From Bispira polyomma (lineage: Eukaryota), in the NCBI GenBank assembly GCA_965649765.1, contig OZ287753.1, positions 21,514,001 to 21,578,000 of the forward strand: a DNA stretch of 64,000 nt. Direction: 5' to 3'. Both the position numbers and the translations under genes were made by a program. Positions 51,931 to 64,000 of the stretch are shown in pieces (the stretch's first letter is position 1; every line of letters starts with the position of its first letter). Under the pieces are notes generated by a model. That model made no database searches. It was not told the DNA's origin and saw only the letters and a list, made by a program, of their open reading frames with translations.

Positions 51931-53175
51931 TACACTGGGATACGTATATAATGACAAAATGTAGGTTATATACACACAAAACTCCAATTATTATATGGCA
52001 GATAAGGGTGACCTTAATTTTAAAATATCCAGAATAGTAGACATATATAAGCCTTATAGAAGGCTCAGTATTCCTTATAAATTTGTTAGTTTGTTTTGTT
52101 TGGAGCATTATAAGTAATATATGTCACTATAATGAAAGAATTAAAATAAGTATATACTAAGTCTGATAAAGTACCATTCACATGCAATGTAAAAGTAGTT
52201 GCAGTAGTCCAATAACAGATTAGCTTAAGTATTTGCCACTGTCTTAATTTTGCTCTTTTAAAGAATCCCTTAAACTAAAAAAATGCTTGTGAATATGACT
52301 TTCTGCGATTTGTCTACTTCGCTTAGTCTTGGGGAATCTCTGTTCAACACTGGCGTGAAACCTTGGTATCTATATATATTCATTCTATAATTTCATATAT
52401 CATAATTATTGAAAACCCTGGCAGAGGACCTAGGTTCTATTCCAGCTTTGGTGGACCAGGTACAGGCAGATCACCACTTAAATGATAGTTATCTGCCATT
52501 GGTCCTATCCTAGTGGCAGGCTAAAGAATTTTGGCTTTATTGATAAAAGATCATTGCCCAAAACTCTGTCTTCAGGTGGGTAGATACGTCCACATAAATG
52601 AGCCGAATCTTAAATATTAATATGAATGACCATGTGAAGTAAACGATTGTGTTCATAATTCCCAAATGGGTCAAAATATGATTGTTTTGTAAGAACTAAA
52701 CCGAAACAAGAGAACATATTGATCACAAATAGGTGCTATTTTAATAAATTTGAAATGAAGTATAGAATAGTTTAATTCATGTTAAAATTTAAAATGAAGT
52801 ATAGAATAGTTAATATGCATGTTAGAATTAAACATGCATGTTAGAATTAAACATGTTAATATCTATTTTTATGTCATAAAATATGCATTAAGCAGTATTG
52901 CGACCTGATCAGTATTATGAACACCTTTGTGTGCTTTCGATATATATATGCACCTACCATCAAAGTAAATTATTTTAATTATACACCAAGTTTACCGTCA
53001 AAGGTTAAATATTTTGAACTAATCATACTTTATAGTCGATATATAATGGTTGTACCACTTGTTTAGTCTTTTAAAAATAAATGCACAAGTTTTTTTTGAG
53101 CTAGACATTGACTTTATCTATTTTTGGGTGGATTTAGAGAATAAAACGTCTTATCAAAACGCAAAGTATCAGCAG

Positions 53176-53392
53176 GGGGCTACAATGGCATATTGGTTAC
53201 AAGCCTCCACTTAACAATCACTGTCTTCGGATCATGTTTATTCCTTCATGTGGAAAAGTTTGTCAGTTACGTGCCATAGGTCAGTGTTTTTACAGTACTT
53301 CAGCACTGGTTTTTTCCACCATTAAATCTGGTCCTCCTGATATGACCTAAGCTGTTGTAAGCGACATAAAACCAAACTACATTCAAATTGAA
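53176..53392 (+). mobile_element. diverged SINE
   Basis: GGGGCTACAATGGCATATTGGTTACAAGC head; body colinear with the 35093 and 38955 copies. Confidence 0.6.
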
Positions 53393-54534
53393 TGGAGTAA
53401 CATAGTTTTTGGCTCATCTGTGTAGACACCTTTTATCTTGGTTTCATGAAGATATTACGCACTGTAGCAGAGATGAACATTTTATTAAGTTAAAGTCGTT
53501 TACACCATAATTTGAATATGGGTATAGTTTTGTTATACTTTTTTTTTCATTTCACTCAGGGTTGCACATTGCTTTTAAAATTTGATTATTATATCACAAT
53601 GGGGAACTTATTGGTGGCGATAAAACTACAGCTTGGTAGTTGTTTTTTTACAAAACACCGACCTTCAGCAACTTTACTGCCAATTTCCTCACATGCATGC
53701 CCAGACCAAAATTCAAGCCTGCAACTATTAAGGTGATGGGTGAAAATGCTATTACTTTTGTTAAAAGTATCCTTACGAAGAATGCTTGATTAGCAAGTAA
53801 AGCTTTATAGTACCATTGATTAGAGCCTTTATAGTGTTTATATTTCAAACTTATGGTCAAAAGAGAACATATATACTTCATGATCCACATGGCAAATAAT
53901 CTTACTGGAAAAATCCTTTTATATGGTGAATAGTTCAAGGTTTTTTACAACAATTAAATATTTCTGCATGTACTAAATGAATTAAATTAAACTGTATTTT
54001 GTATAAATACTGTATTTGTTTAGTATCGCAATCGTTATCTAAACGTGACTTCTATAGTTTAAGTCTTACGTACATGTACTTAGTAACACTTTGCTTGTGT
54101 GTAAAATATATAGGTCCAGGTAATGCTAAATCATTTTAAACTGTATTGACATATGTGAAGCTAATTTACATGTGTAATGAGATCACATAATCTTGCTCCG
54201 TTTCTATTTCAGTTCACAAGAAGGGAAAGCAATTGTTTTGGCAGGGATGTATGGATAAAAGCTTCGTCTTCAGGCTCATTTAGGCACCACAGTAACCTCT
54301 TGTCAGAATATAACTGATTATTACTCAGGGAGCAGGACTCTGATCAGAAATAATCTTAAATGCTTTATCTTAATTCTTATTGAAATGGCTTTTGCTTACT
54401 GAAAACAGGATTTTTAGTCCAACAAATTTTTTAGCAAGAGAAAGTATAAGTGATAACTAGGGTGGCCATTAACCACAATACAATTAATACTGGTAAAGTT
54501 CTTAAAAACTGCAAGACAATAAAACTTCTATGTG

Positions 54535-54712
54535 TCACCTCTGTGTAGGAGGTGATGCTATCCATGTTTATTATTTGGTTTGTTTATTCGTCACTTTGAT
54601 TACACAAAATGTTCTGAACCGAAAAGTATGAACTTTGGTGGAGGGCATGGCTCAAGGAAGACTATTAAATTTTGGAGCTGATCTGGGTTGATAATCGGAT
54701 CCAGATTTTTTC
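54535..54712 (+). mobile_element. degenerate interspersed repeat, HINE/DINE-1-like
   Basis: TCACCTC-loop-GAGGTGA stem, TTTG repeats, AAATTTTGGAGCTGATC..CGGATCC end. Confidence 0.45.
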
Positions 54713-55039
54713 ACTGTAGCAAATTACCTATTAGTGTATACAACTAAAAAGGTTTTGTCTAACCTAAGGATTAAAACTTCATTTGAATGGTATGCAATGG
54801 TTATCTGACTTGTTCTATCCAGGATGGTTAAATCCAGCTGTAAAACTAAACTGGCCTATAAAAAAAAAAACAACTTTACCATGAGATTCTTTTTAAAAAT
54901 GGCTATGGCAATGCTGAGGAGTTTTTAGTTATACAAGTTAAATTGCTTTGGCAACTCTTCCAGCCTGACAACATTTCATTCTCAATTCTGATTGGTTCAA
55001 ATCAGCCTTTGTTTTGTTTTACCTTTAATCGTAGGTAAA

Positions 55040-56480
55040 TTCTTAGTAAATTCCTGTAGCCCTCACCCTTCTAGATCTTTTAGCAGATTTTGATACCATT
55101 GACCATGGTCTATTGTTCGACACCCTAAAACAGTGATTTGAACTAAATGGCACTGTCCTTGATTGGATTAGATCCAATCTTACTTCAAAAAAATCAAACT
55201 GGATGATCATTTTTCATCTTCTTTCAACCTACCTTTTGGAGTACCCCAGGGGTCAATCCTAGGGCATGTACGTTTTACACTTTACACACACCCCAGTACA
55301 GTCATGAATAGTCACACCAGATCTATGCTGATAATACTCAAATCTATCTCTCACCCAACCCTCAAAATACCCACAAAAATATGGGTCTACTTGCTGACTG
55401 CCTCTCCTCAGGACAGGCTTTGGTGAATTACTCTAAATTGAAATTAAATCCTGACAAAACTGAATTTATTCTCATTGGTAATAAGAAACACAGTGAGTAC
55501 TGAGTATTTAAGATCAATATTCTCCATTACACTACTGGGCAATGATATTAAGCCCTCCGATAATCTCAACAACCTTAATGTCACCATTGACTGTGCTTTC
55601 TCATTTCATACACACATCAGCAACATTTGTCGCTCCTGTTACTATCACATTTGTGACATTAAAAGAATCAGAAATCATTTACCACTGGATAATACCATCA
55701 CTGTAGCTAACTCCCTTGATAGCAGACGTCTAGACTACCGCAATTCTATTTTGGTTGGAGCAAAAAAGTCTCACATATACAAACTGCAGTATTCAAAAAT
55801 ATCTGTGCAGAGTCATGTTTCATTTGGGTATCCATACTGATGTATCTCCATACCTCAAAAAATTTCATTGGCCCCATGTTTACTATTAAAATCTGTTTAA
55901 AGTGCATGTGACCACTTTTAATTATGTTATTTCTAAAGGGGCCGCGGTGGCCTAGTGGTTAGCAAGCATTGCGCTTCACAATCACTGGTCTCTCACCTCT
56001 GGGTGGCATGAGTTCGAATCATGTCGATGCCTATGTGGGAAAGGTGGTAGTTCCTTACTGTGGGCCGCTGGTTTCAGTGCAGAACCCTGATCAACTGTAT
56101 GCAGTGTTTCCTCCAGCGTTTCCAACTACCCGTCCCACTATAACCTAAACAGGTACTAGAGTGGACGCTAAAATATCCAAATTAAAAAAAAAAAAATGTT
56201 ATTTCTAAACCGCTCTCCTACCTTGCTGCTCGTCTTTCATTCAGCAACCTTAAACGGGGAAACATACTTTCTGTATCCCCTGTAAGGCCCATAATGGCTG
56301 GATTAAGAGCTTTCTCTAGAGGTGCCCATGTTATGGAATGGTCTCCCAGTTGAGCTAAGATCACTTGATACACTATCTGCATTTAGAAAAATGCTTGAAA
56401 CCCATCTCTTTAAACTCACCTACGTCCCCCCCCTCCACCAAGTCCCTCCCTGGTATACTCACATCCGTCCTTAAGATCTT
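55040..56480 (+). mobile_element. decayed L2/CR1-type LINE RT fragment, interrupted by a SINE
   Basis: Frameshifted motifs LLDL..DFDTIDH, GVPQGSILG, YADNTQIYLS, LKLNPDKTEF, RLDYRNSIL, RAFS, LETHLF. Confidence 0.85.
55938..56195 (+). mobile_element. tRNA-derived SINE (young family, copy 2)
   Basis: A/B boxes, poly(A) tail, 14-bp TSD ATGTTATTTCTAAA (55924-55937 / 56196-56209). Confidence 0.93.
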
Positions 56481-57464
56481 GGCCATGTTTTTGGGACTTT
56501 TCTATTGGTTTACTGACTCTTAATGTCCCTTATCCAAATAAATGTGTGACAATAGTTACACTGAACATGTATATAATGAAGATCCCAATTATACAATATT
56601 ATGTCATTGAACGAAAAAAAAACATCCAAATTCAAATTTGTGTACAACATATGGTCATATTGCATAACTGCAACAAGTAAGTTACTAAACTTCATCCAGC
56701 AAATAATAGATCTTTATCATAGGTTTGCTTTTATTTGTATATTACCAATAACTAATATATACAGGTATACATGTTGTAACAATATATATGTACAAAAAAA
56801 AACAGTATATTATTCATGCAAGACTGAGCTTGTTTCACAGATTATATATATTTTTTCAATATATATTTCTTTTCAAATATAATACACTAAAATACACAAC
56901 TTATTGCATCGTGGAACAGTGTTCAAACTATCAAAAGTTTTATTGCTATGAAAACAAGTCTCAGTATAGTTATTTATACATTAAAAAGACTTTATAAATC
57001 AGCTGTTTTAATACTATGCAGTAAAACACAAACTAATTGTGTGTCTGTCTCTGTCTCTTTATATATATATATTACCATATTTTCTGTAACAAAGGCCCCT
57101 CTCTAATTATAGCTGCCCCACCATTTTAAATAAATTCCTGGATCACCAAATTTTAATATTTTTAATATTAGGTACAATGGTAAAATATGGTGACTTGGTA
57201 GATTTTACGTTCAGGCAATGGTAAAATAGTGACCTGTATATTTGATCCTTATATGGTAATGTACATAAGCATGTAAACTTCATTTCACTACAGTTTTATG
57301 CATCCCGACATTCTACGTGGATAGTTAAATTGTTTGATGCATATTATCGTTATTTTTGATAATATTATGTTACACAGCAACATTGCTTTCTTTAATAATA
57401 GCCCCACTACCTTTTGGGGGCCTTTAATCACACACAATACAGTATATATATAAACACTATGAGA

Positions 57465-58567
57465 TCAAGCTTCCTGGTGTGACGTCATATGCCTGGTCAG
57501 GTGATGCCTCTCTTTAAAGGTTTCCCCACAGACGTCACACTTAAGTTTCTCCTTTGGTGCCTTTTTCACGTTCTCCCCAGGTTTGGTTTCCTCTTTGTGG
57601 TGAGACCTCATATGGTAGACCAGGTCAGAGGTCATCCTGAAGGTCGCATTGCACTTGGCACACCAGTTCTGGGAGAGATTCAGCTGGGGCAGGAAAGGGG
57701 TGGTATTCCCATTGTTTGCCGTTTGCAGAAGAGTCTCCACGATGGGGTTCTGACTCCGGTAAAACGGGAAGTGAAACCGCCAGTCCGGGTGGAATGGGAG
57801 TTTGCGGTTGTTGATCAAATTTCTGAGATCGGCCGTGTTTCTAATGGGGTTTCTCACCATATCTGTGGTGGTGATGGGGATGTTCTCTTTCAGGGCCATG
57901 CTGATGGGATGTCCTCCCACCTGTGGGTGAATGACCCCAACGCCAGGAGTGGGTGCGACCATGCGGGGAGGGAGGTGGGCATGTCGAACGGGCATGGAGG
58001 AGGAATGGGGTAGTGATATCAGACCAGTTGGTACCAGGTGCTGACCATATATGGAAGGTATGGTCAATCTGCCTTTGAGCTCATGGTCAGTGCCTGGCGG
58101 TGATAGTTTGTCTACTTTTCTAAAAGCACTAAGACCTTCTTCCTTATCCTCTGCGTAACTCGCAATCCTCATCACTGTGTCAACCTTACTAAGTGTCGGA
58201 GAGCTCGATGGAGAAGTCTTGGGTGAAGCATCATCTGATGACTTGGGCGATATCTGCTCAAACTCTAACCGTTTGATATTATGTCTCTGATCAAAGTCTG
58301 GGTGACGCTTTCTCTTTTCCCCTCTCTGGCTGCCGGGTGACACGGATGATGAACTACCAGACTTTAGACTGTCTGGCGGCGAGATATTGTTCTCCAGGAA
58401 TGTCAAATTCTCCTTGGCTAACGTTTCTATGTGAGGGGAAGCCAGTATTTTGGTGTCCAGTTTGGGGAGGTACGGGTTGCGTTCACACTTGAACCTCATG
58501 TGGGCCCTCAGCGAGAAAGGAAATGTGAATTCCTTGCAGCAGTAAGGACAGATGAATGTGTTGCCAC
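57465..58567 (-). CDS. PRDM8: PRDM8-like last exon (three zinc fingers)
   Basis: CTTACCTTGTAG acceptor; extends the 344-aa ORF upstream. Confidence 0.92.
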
Positions 58568-58582
58568 CTACAAGGTAAGAAA

Positions 58583-58637
<55 letters not shown>

Positions 58638-60043
58638 AATGAACTACTGCAATGTGTTTACACACAATTATAATGCAAGAAGTGGTAGCTACTGATAAAA
58701 ATAGAAAAATATTATGAAGTAGTTATTAACATTATTAACATGACTGGAGGAGGTTAAACAGAAAGTAATAACAACCCATTTATATGTGTGATATATGTGT
58801 ATCAACAGTTGTTGTTTTGTCTTTAGTTACTCTAAATGCTTTTGAATAATACTACCCTATTGAAACTCTTCAAAACAAATTTTAAGGAAAATTCCCTGTG
58901 TTGGTATTTGTGTTATTAGTACAATAGGAAACTGTTAAAAACAATCCTCTAGCATATTAGAGTTGATTATTTATGTAGCTTATTACCGTTCTCCTTCCTT
59001 ATTCTCATTCTAATTCTATAGTTAATTCTAGTTTTTATTCCAGCATGATAGTTTTAACTATTAAACAGTTTAATTCCATATTGCTCACCTTGTATAAAGG
59101 CTGGGTGTATATCAGGTACCCCTACCACCCTGGCTAAATCAGGGGTATACCACACAAACAGTTCAGAGTCAGGGCTCAGGTTCTTGATGGTTCTGTAGAA
59201 CAAATGTCCCTCCACAAGGACAGCCTCCAGGTTCTGTTCTGCTATGTCACGTGCTGCTCTGACATAGGGCACCCATTCAATAAGCCCCGCCCCTTCTCCT
59301 TGTGTGTTAAGGTCCAACTGTAATTTTATAAGAAGTAAAGAACAAACTAAATCATTGGTTTATTGACTTTAGGGAAAAGCCATCTTTCCCCAGTCTGATA
59401 TGCCATATTTGAGGATCTTAATTGTGCTGAGTGGAAAACTTTCAGAATAAGCTAACATAAATATGTCAGTGTATCTTTTTTTTAAAAAAAATGGCAGTTC
59501 CAACTGGTTACAATTATTTTATGTTGTGACATAGTGACTATTGGGTGTACAAACTCATTCACCATTAAAAATGAACTGGATTCGTTTTAGCCTAATACTC
59601 TCAAGTACAGACTGATACACAGTGTCTTTGGATGACCACATGGGAGCCTTCTGTCTGTAGATCCAATCCATAGTTTCAAGCTAAAGAGGCTTCTGAGGAT
59701 GTTGATGTGTCCGTCCAATGAATTAGATAAATTAGTGCTTTGAATCACAGAAGATAGTACCATAACGTACTGAGTATAAATTTGAATAAAATAAGTAACA
59801 AGTATTATAGTTGAAATTAAAATGGCCTTTAGTATATCATACTGCCTAATTTTAAATGTGAAAGATAAACTTATTAGTAATATGACTGACCTTGACAGTG
59901 TGTACTTCGGGTCTGCTGTCTGCAGTCATGTGACCAATCATAAGTACAGGATCCGTGAGGGTCAGTGTGGGAGGTATGGGGCCAAACAGCTTGCCTGGGG
60001 ATACACTGGCTGTGGTCAAAACTCCCATTGTGGCCTCTTCTAT
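57465..60043 (-). CDS. PRDM8: PR/SET-domain zinc-finger protein, PRDM8-like; exons 59891-60043, 59089-59317, 57465-58567; 5' end uncertain (in-frame ATG at 60028)
   Basis: PR motifs LFGP, WVPYVRAARDIAEQNLEA, LFYRTIK, ELFVWY; first finger CPYCCKEFTFPFSLRAHMRFKC; C-terminal QNWCAKCNATFRMTSDLVYHMRSHH and KLKCDVCGETFKERHHLTRHMTSH, as in PRDM8/ZNF488; GT-AG junctions with phases 0 and 1. Confidence 0.92.
58584..58633. repeat. (TA)n microsatellite, ~25 units
   Basis: Directly visible. Confidence 0.98.
59089..59317 (-). CDS. PRDM8: PRDM8-like exon, C-terminal half of the PR/SET domain
   Basis: TTACAG acceptor, G|GTGAG donor, EQNL and ELFVWY motifs. Confidence 0.9.
59891..60043 (-). CDS. PRDM8: PRDM8-like exon, N-terminal half of the PR/SET domain
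   Basis: TTCACAG acceptor, AAG|GTCAGT donor, GVLTT..LFGP motif. Confidence 0.85.
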
Positions 60044-61232
60044 CTGTGAAATATATATAAAAAACATATTTAGGTTAACTCTTAACTTTAATAGTTCCGA
60101 CAAAAAAAATAAACAACATCAAACTATAGAGCAACGTATATGTTATCAGATATATAACAGATATTATATACACAAGTGTGATGCAATACCATTGTTTTAC
60201 GTAATGTAATTAGTTGCTTCTACATGAGGCAACATGACAATATTTTTCGGAACTTTCAGATTTTAGTGGGTTTTTTTTAAATAAAGTTTAATTTGTGCAT
60301 ATACCTTTTCATGTGTCTTTCACCTCCTAACATGTAAACAAATGTGACTTATTACACTATTTTAAGGATAAATCAAATGACTGCTAACTGTCTCAAATGA
60401 AGTTGACAGTGAAATTAATAAATTAGCTGCTCTCTTGGCATGTATGAATACGGTTAAATATAGTAGTAAAAAATAACTACTATAAATATTGAAAACGGAA
60501 TCTGAGCAGCTCCTGCAAACCAGTTTCATATGGTAAAAGTAGTTGTAAATCAGAGCCAATAAACTGCCAATTTTACCAGATTAGTGGCAAGTCCCTTTTT
60601 CCCCCAATTGCAGCAGACAAATCATATGGTTTGGGGAGCAAATGCACTTTCTGTGTATCTGAATGAACACTGTTTGTAAAAGTGGATGATGGGGGCCAAA
60701 GTAAAAAACCTACAAGCCCTCAGTATTTCCATACACTTAGCGCTATGAAAGTCACCCAAAGTCATTGATAAAAGACAGCTTATAACTGGGAAATCATCCA
60801 TTTAAACCCCCAAATCACATATTGGCCCTTGAATGGATGGGCAAACACAACAAATTAAGTTCGTTTTCAAAATGGCGGGAAAATGGTGAAATAGTCGTCT
60901 GCTTTATTGCATGGTGTAAGGCTTGTTCCTTATTTTTCCCTGTGGCATCAGGTGTTTGGGATTCTGACCTCATTTCTCGCCTATTTGGAGAACTTGGATA
61001 TTTTAGATAGCATGGAGAAAATGGAGGGAAAAGAACATCAACCGACTGAGAACGGATTGGATGTGAATACTGTGATAAATAAATGGTTGGTCAGATGCTT
61101 TGTTCTATTTGGGTTGGAGAAAAACATTAAATAAGAAAGACAGAAACTCATTAAATAAGTAAAAATTCAAGATAAATCATGAAAATAAATTGACAAAAAA
61201 CATCTTAACTGAATTTGAATCTATGTTTTGAA

Positions 61233-61483
61233 TTTGAATTTGGATATTTAACGTTCACTCTAGTACATTTTAGTAGGTTATATTGGGACAGGTAGTTGGA
61301 AACGCTGGAGGAAACATTGCATACAGTCGGTCAAGGTTCTGCAGAGAAACCAGCGGCCCACAGTAAGGAACTACCACCTTTCCCACATAGGCATCGACGG
61401 GATTCGAACTCACGCCACCTAGAGGTGAGAGACCAGTGATTGTGAAGTGCAATGCTTGCTAACCACTAGGCCACTGCGGCCCC
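61233..61483 (-). mobile_element. tRNA-derived SINE (young family, copy 3)
   Basis: Reverse complement of the 4534/55938 element; 15-bp TSD AATCTATGTTTTGAA (61218-61232 / 61484-61498). Confidence 0.93.
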
Positions 61484-64000
61484 AATCTATGTTTTGAAGA
61501 TATTTACCAATTTCAATTGTATTCATTGTATTTTAATAACTAAAGTTTGTTTTGAGAAATGTATAGTATTACTTTAGTGTTGTTATGATTATTGTTATTA
61601 ATTTGAAATTAGTTAATTTCAAATAAAGACACAGAAGCTCCAGCCATTCCTCCTACTGTCAAACACTCGCCCTGTGACAAAAAAAACTGAAGCATGGTTG
61701 GATAAGGTTACCTAAAATTGATGTGTACAACACCATCTTAAGCAAAGAGAGCTCGAGCAACTGCTTTAGAAAGCAAATGAAATGACACATCCACAATCTA
61801 CACATAAGATGTCCTTAAATTAAAGTGGATTAGAAACTTTTTCGTATATTTCATGTATTTAAACTACCTGCCTAGTATAGTATACTATAAAAGTATACTA
61901 TATATGCTACACATATAGTATTAGTACTTTAGATTTTACTCAATTGAAAGCTATAAAGTGCCAGCCATTTAAAAGTCTAAGTGTTACCTCAATATTAATA
62001 AACTCACGTGTTACAGCTAGGCAAACACAGACCCTGACACACAAAAGCAAATTAATCAAATTACCCATTCATAATTTGACCCTTTGATGAAATATTTAAT
62101 TTCGTTGCTATGTAAGATGAACTGTAGCAAAATCTGACTGAAACAGTTTTATGTTGCAACTAGAAAAGAAAGGGAGATGGTGAAATAACAAAACAGGACA
62201 AAAAAGAGACCAGAAAACATTAATATTTCTAATGGGATGGGGATAAGAAAGAGCCCAACAGTTTAATTGACCCCTGAGGGCAAGTGATAATTATTCAGAC
62301 AGTAGACACCATAATCCGGAGAACTAATCTTATAAATGAGGTGGGAAGCCATGGAAACATATCTCAGTTGTCCTAGTCAGTGCACAAAAAAGACAGGGGC
62401 TTGGCTTTTAGAAACATTCCTCTTTGTGAAATAAAGACATTTTTTAACTGCTTAATCTCAATTTTTTTTCTAATACTTTACTACCAATTTTAACCTACAA
62501 CTTATTTAGTTTATTTATTAAGAACACTGTCATTTGTTCCACAAGTTAGACATTGTCAAAATAAGCTATTTTTTATTATACATTTTACTTAAATTCAAAG
62601 TGTATTTAAATTAATAAGAATTATGGACACACCAAGTAAAAGTTAAAGTGTGATCTTACATTTAAAACAAAGCATGATAAACATAGCTGCCTTTATCCAA
62701 AACCAGCCTATGCAAGGGTTTTGTTTTGGAGCACTTGGCCTCAAAAGACTCACCCCCCCCCCCCCCCAGCCCCTTCAGTGTGCCCCACCCCCTTTCTTCA
62801 CAGACCCACTTCCTTCTAAATATCTCCCTGTGGGAAAAGAAAGCTTTCATCTGCTCAAAAGAGGCTCATCATTTCAGTTGATAACTTTCGTACAGTTTGA
62901 TTCATCACCCTAAACTTAGGATGTCATTAATTTTATGCACATAGACAGAGTCCTGTTTTCAGTGATATAAATATAACTTAAATAATTAAATGACACTTGT
63001 GATTTAAGTAAAAGTTACCTATATTTTTTAAATCAGCTTTAAAGGGAAAGCAAGTATTTGTTTTCATTTCACATTGAGAGGAAATCAGTTGTCAAACACA
63101 AAAAATGATACAGCTCATTCAAATTCATTAGAATTCCTCGGAGCAGATGCTCAGTGAATACTCTGTCCCTACCCCCTGGTACCCACCCCAACCCACCCGG
63201 GGGGGTTAGGCTTCACATCTAACCAATTTGTCCTGTTATCAACGGATGGACACTTGTGTGATTTATGCTCATATTTTCAACACTGAGTTACAGTCTTTGA
63301 ATGTTTGCAGTGAGCTATTCACCTGAAGCTAAGGTCACCTTAAAAATTGCACATTTTATAGATTGATTTATTTATAGTTAATGTCAGCTTATCAGCATTT
63401 GACAGATATATATATGGAATCACAAGGGCAACAATTTATAGATCTTTCCTTCCACTCGGATCCACTCCAAATTTTAATGCTTTGACCTATGCAAATATGA
63501 TTATGTAAATATAATCAGTAGTTTTTTGTGTAATCAAATTTTTACACATCATTTTTAAACTTGGGCCAAGGAAGTATCTATTAACTATGTTGGAACAGAT
63601 CCAAGTAGAATATTGGTCCAGGATTTTAGGTAAAAAATTGGCCACCTTGACGTGTATGTACTTTACTGAGATTCCTTGATATTTCACATATGTCATATAT
63701 TACCAACCCAGTGTACACACTTAAATTATTTCAGTTTAGGTCATTTTCAAAAAAAATAATGTTTTATCACCATGGGCAAGATTTAATACAACTGCAAACC
63801 ATGGTCTTTAACAAGTTTATTGCTAACTTCTCACACAGCATATATACTGTGGTAGATAATCAAACCGTGACAGGTTGGAGGCAAGAGTGTTACCTCTACA
63901 CCAGCAAGGGCCCCTGATTTGATGATATCTTGGAAAATCCCCCATGAGATATACTTATTAAGTAGCATTAACTAAGTAGCAAACAAAAAAAAAATACCAA

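Noticed and set aside
55475-55840. 121-aa ORF as a host gene
   Set aside because: It is a surviving frame of the decayed LINE ORF2.
57489-58013. 174-aa plus-strand ORF
   Set aside because: Antisense to the GC-rich PRDM8-like exon; no independent support.

Overview
AT-rich, intron-containing animal genomic DNA, probably from an invertebrate; no prokaryotic features. There are three main components, all on the minus strand. (1) A 7-exon gene (about 21332 to 10828) whose GT-AG junctions I could phase into one ~2183-aa Lys/Glu/Asp-rich protein. It is probably disordered, carries arrays of short repeated motifs, and ends in a recently duplicated 55-aa unit with a RHIM-like motif. (2) An apparently intact 6.7-kb tyrosine-recombinase retrotransposon (DIRS order, Ngaro-like; 40074-46762) with gag, RT/RNase H and YR ORFs and split direct repeats A1..B1A2..B2. 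It shows a candidate splicing/readthrough expression scheme and a structured GC-rich island in its 3' spacer. (3) A PRDM8-like PR/SET zinc-finger gene (at least 3 exons, 60043 to 57465). The rest is tRNA-derived SINEs (three young copies with TSDs), L2/CR1-type LINE relics, MITEs, minisatellites and local duplications. All calls are by eye; no database searches were run.
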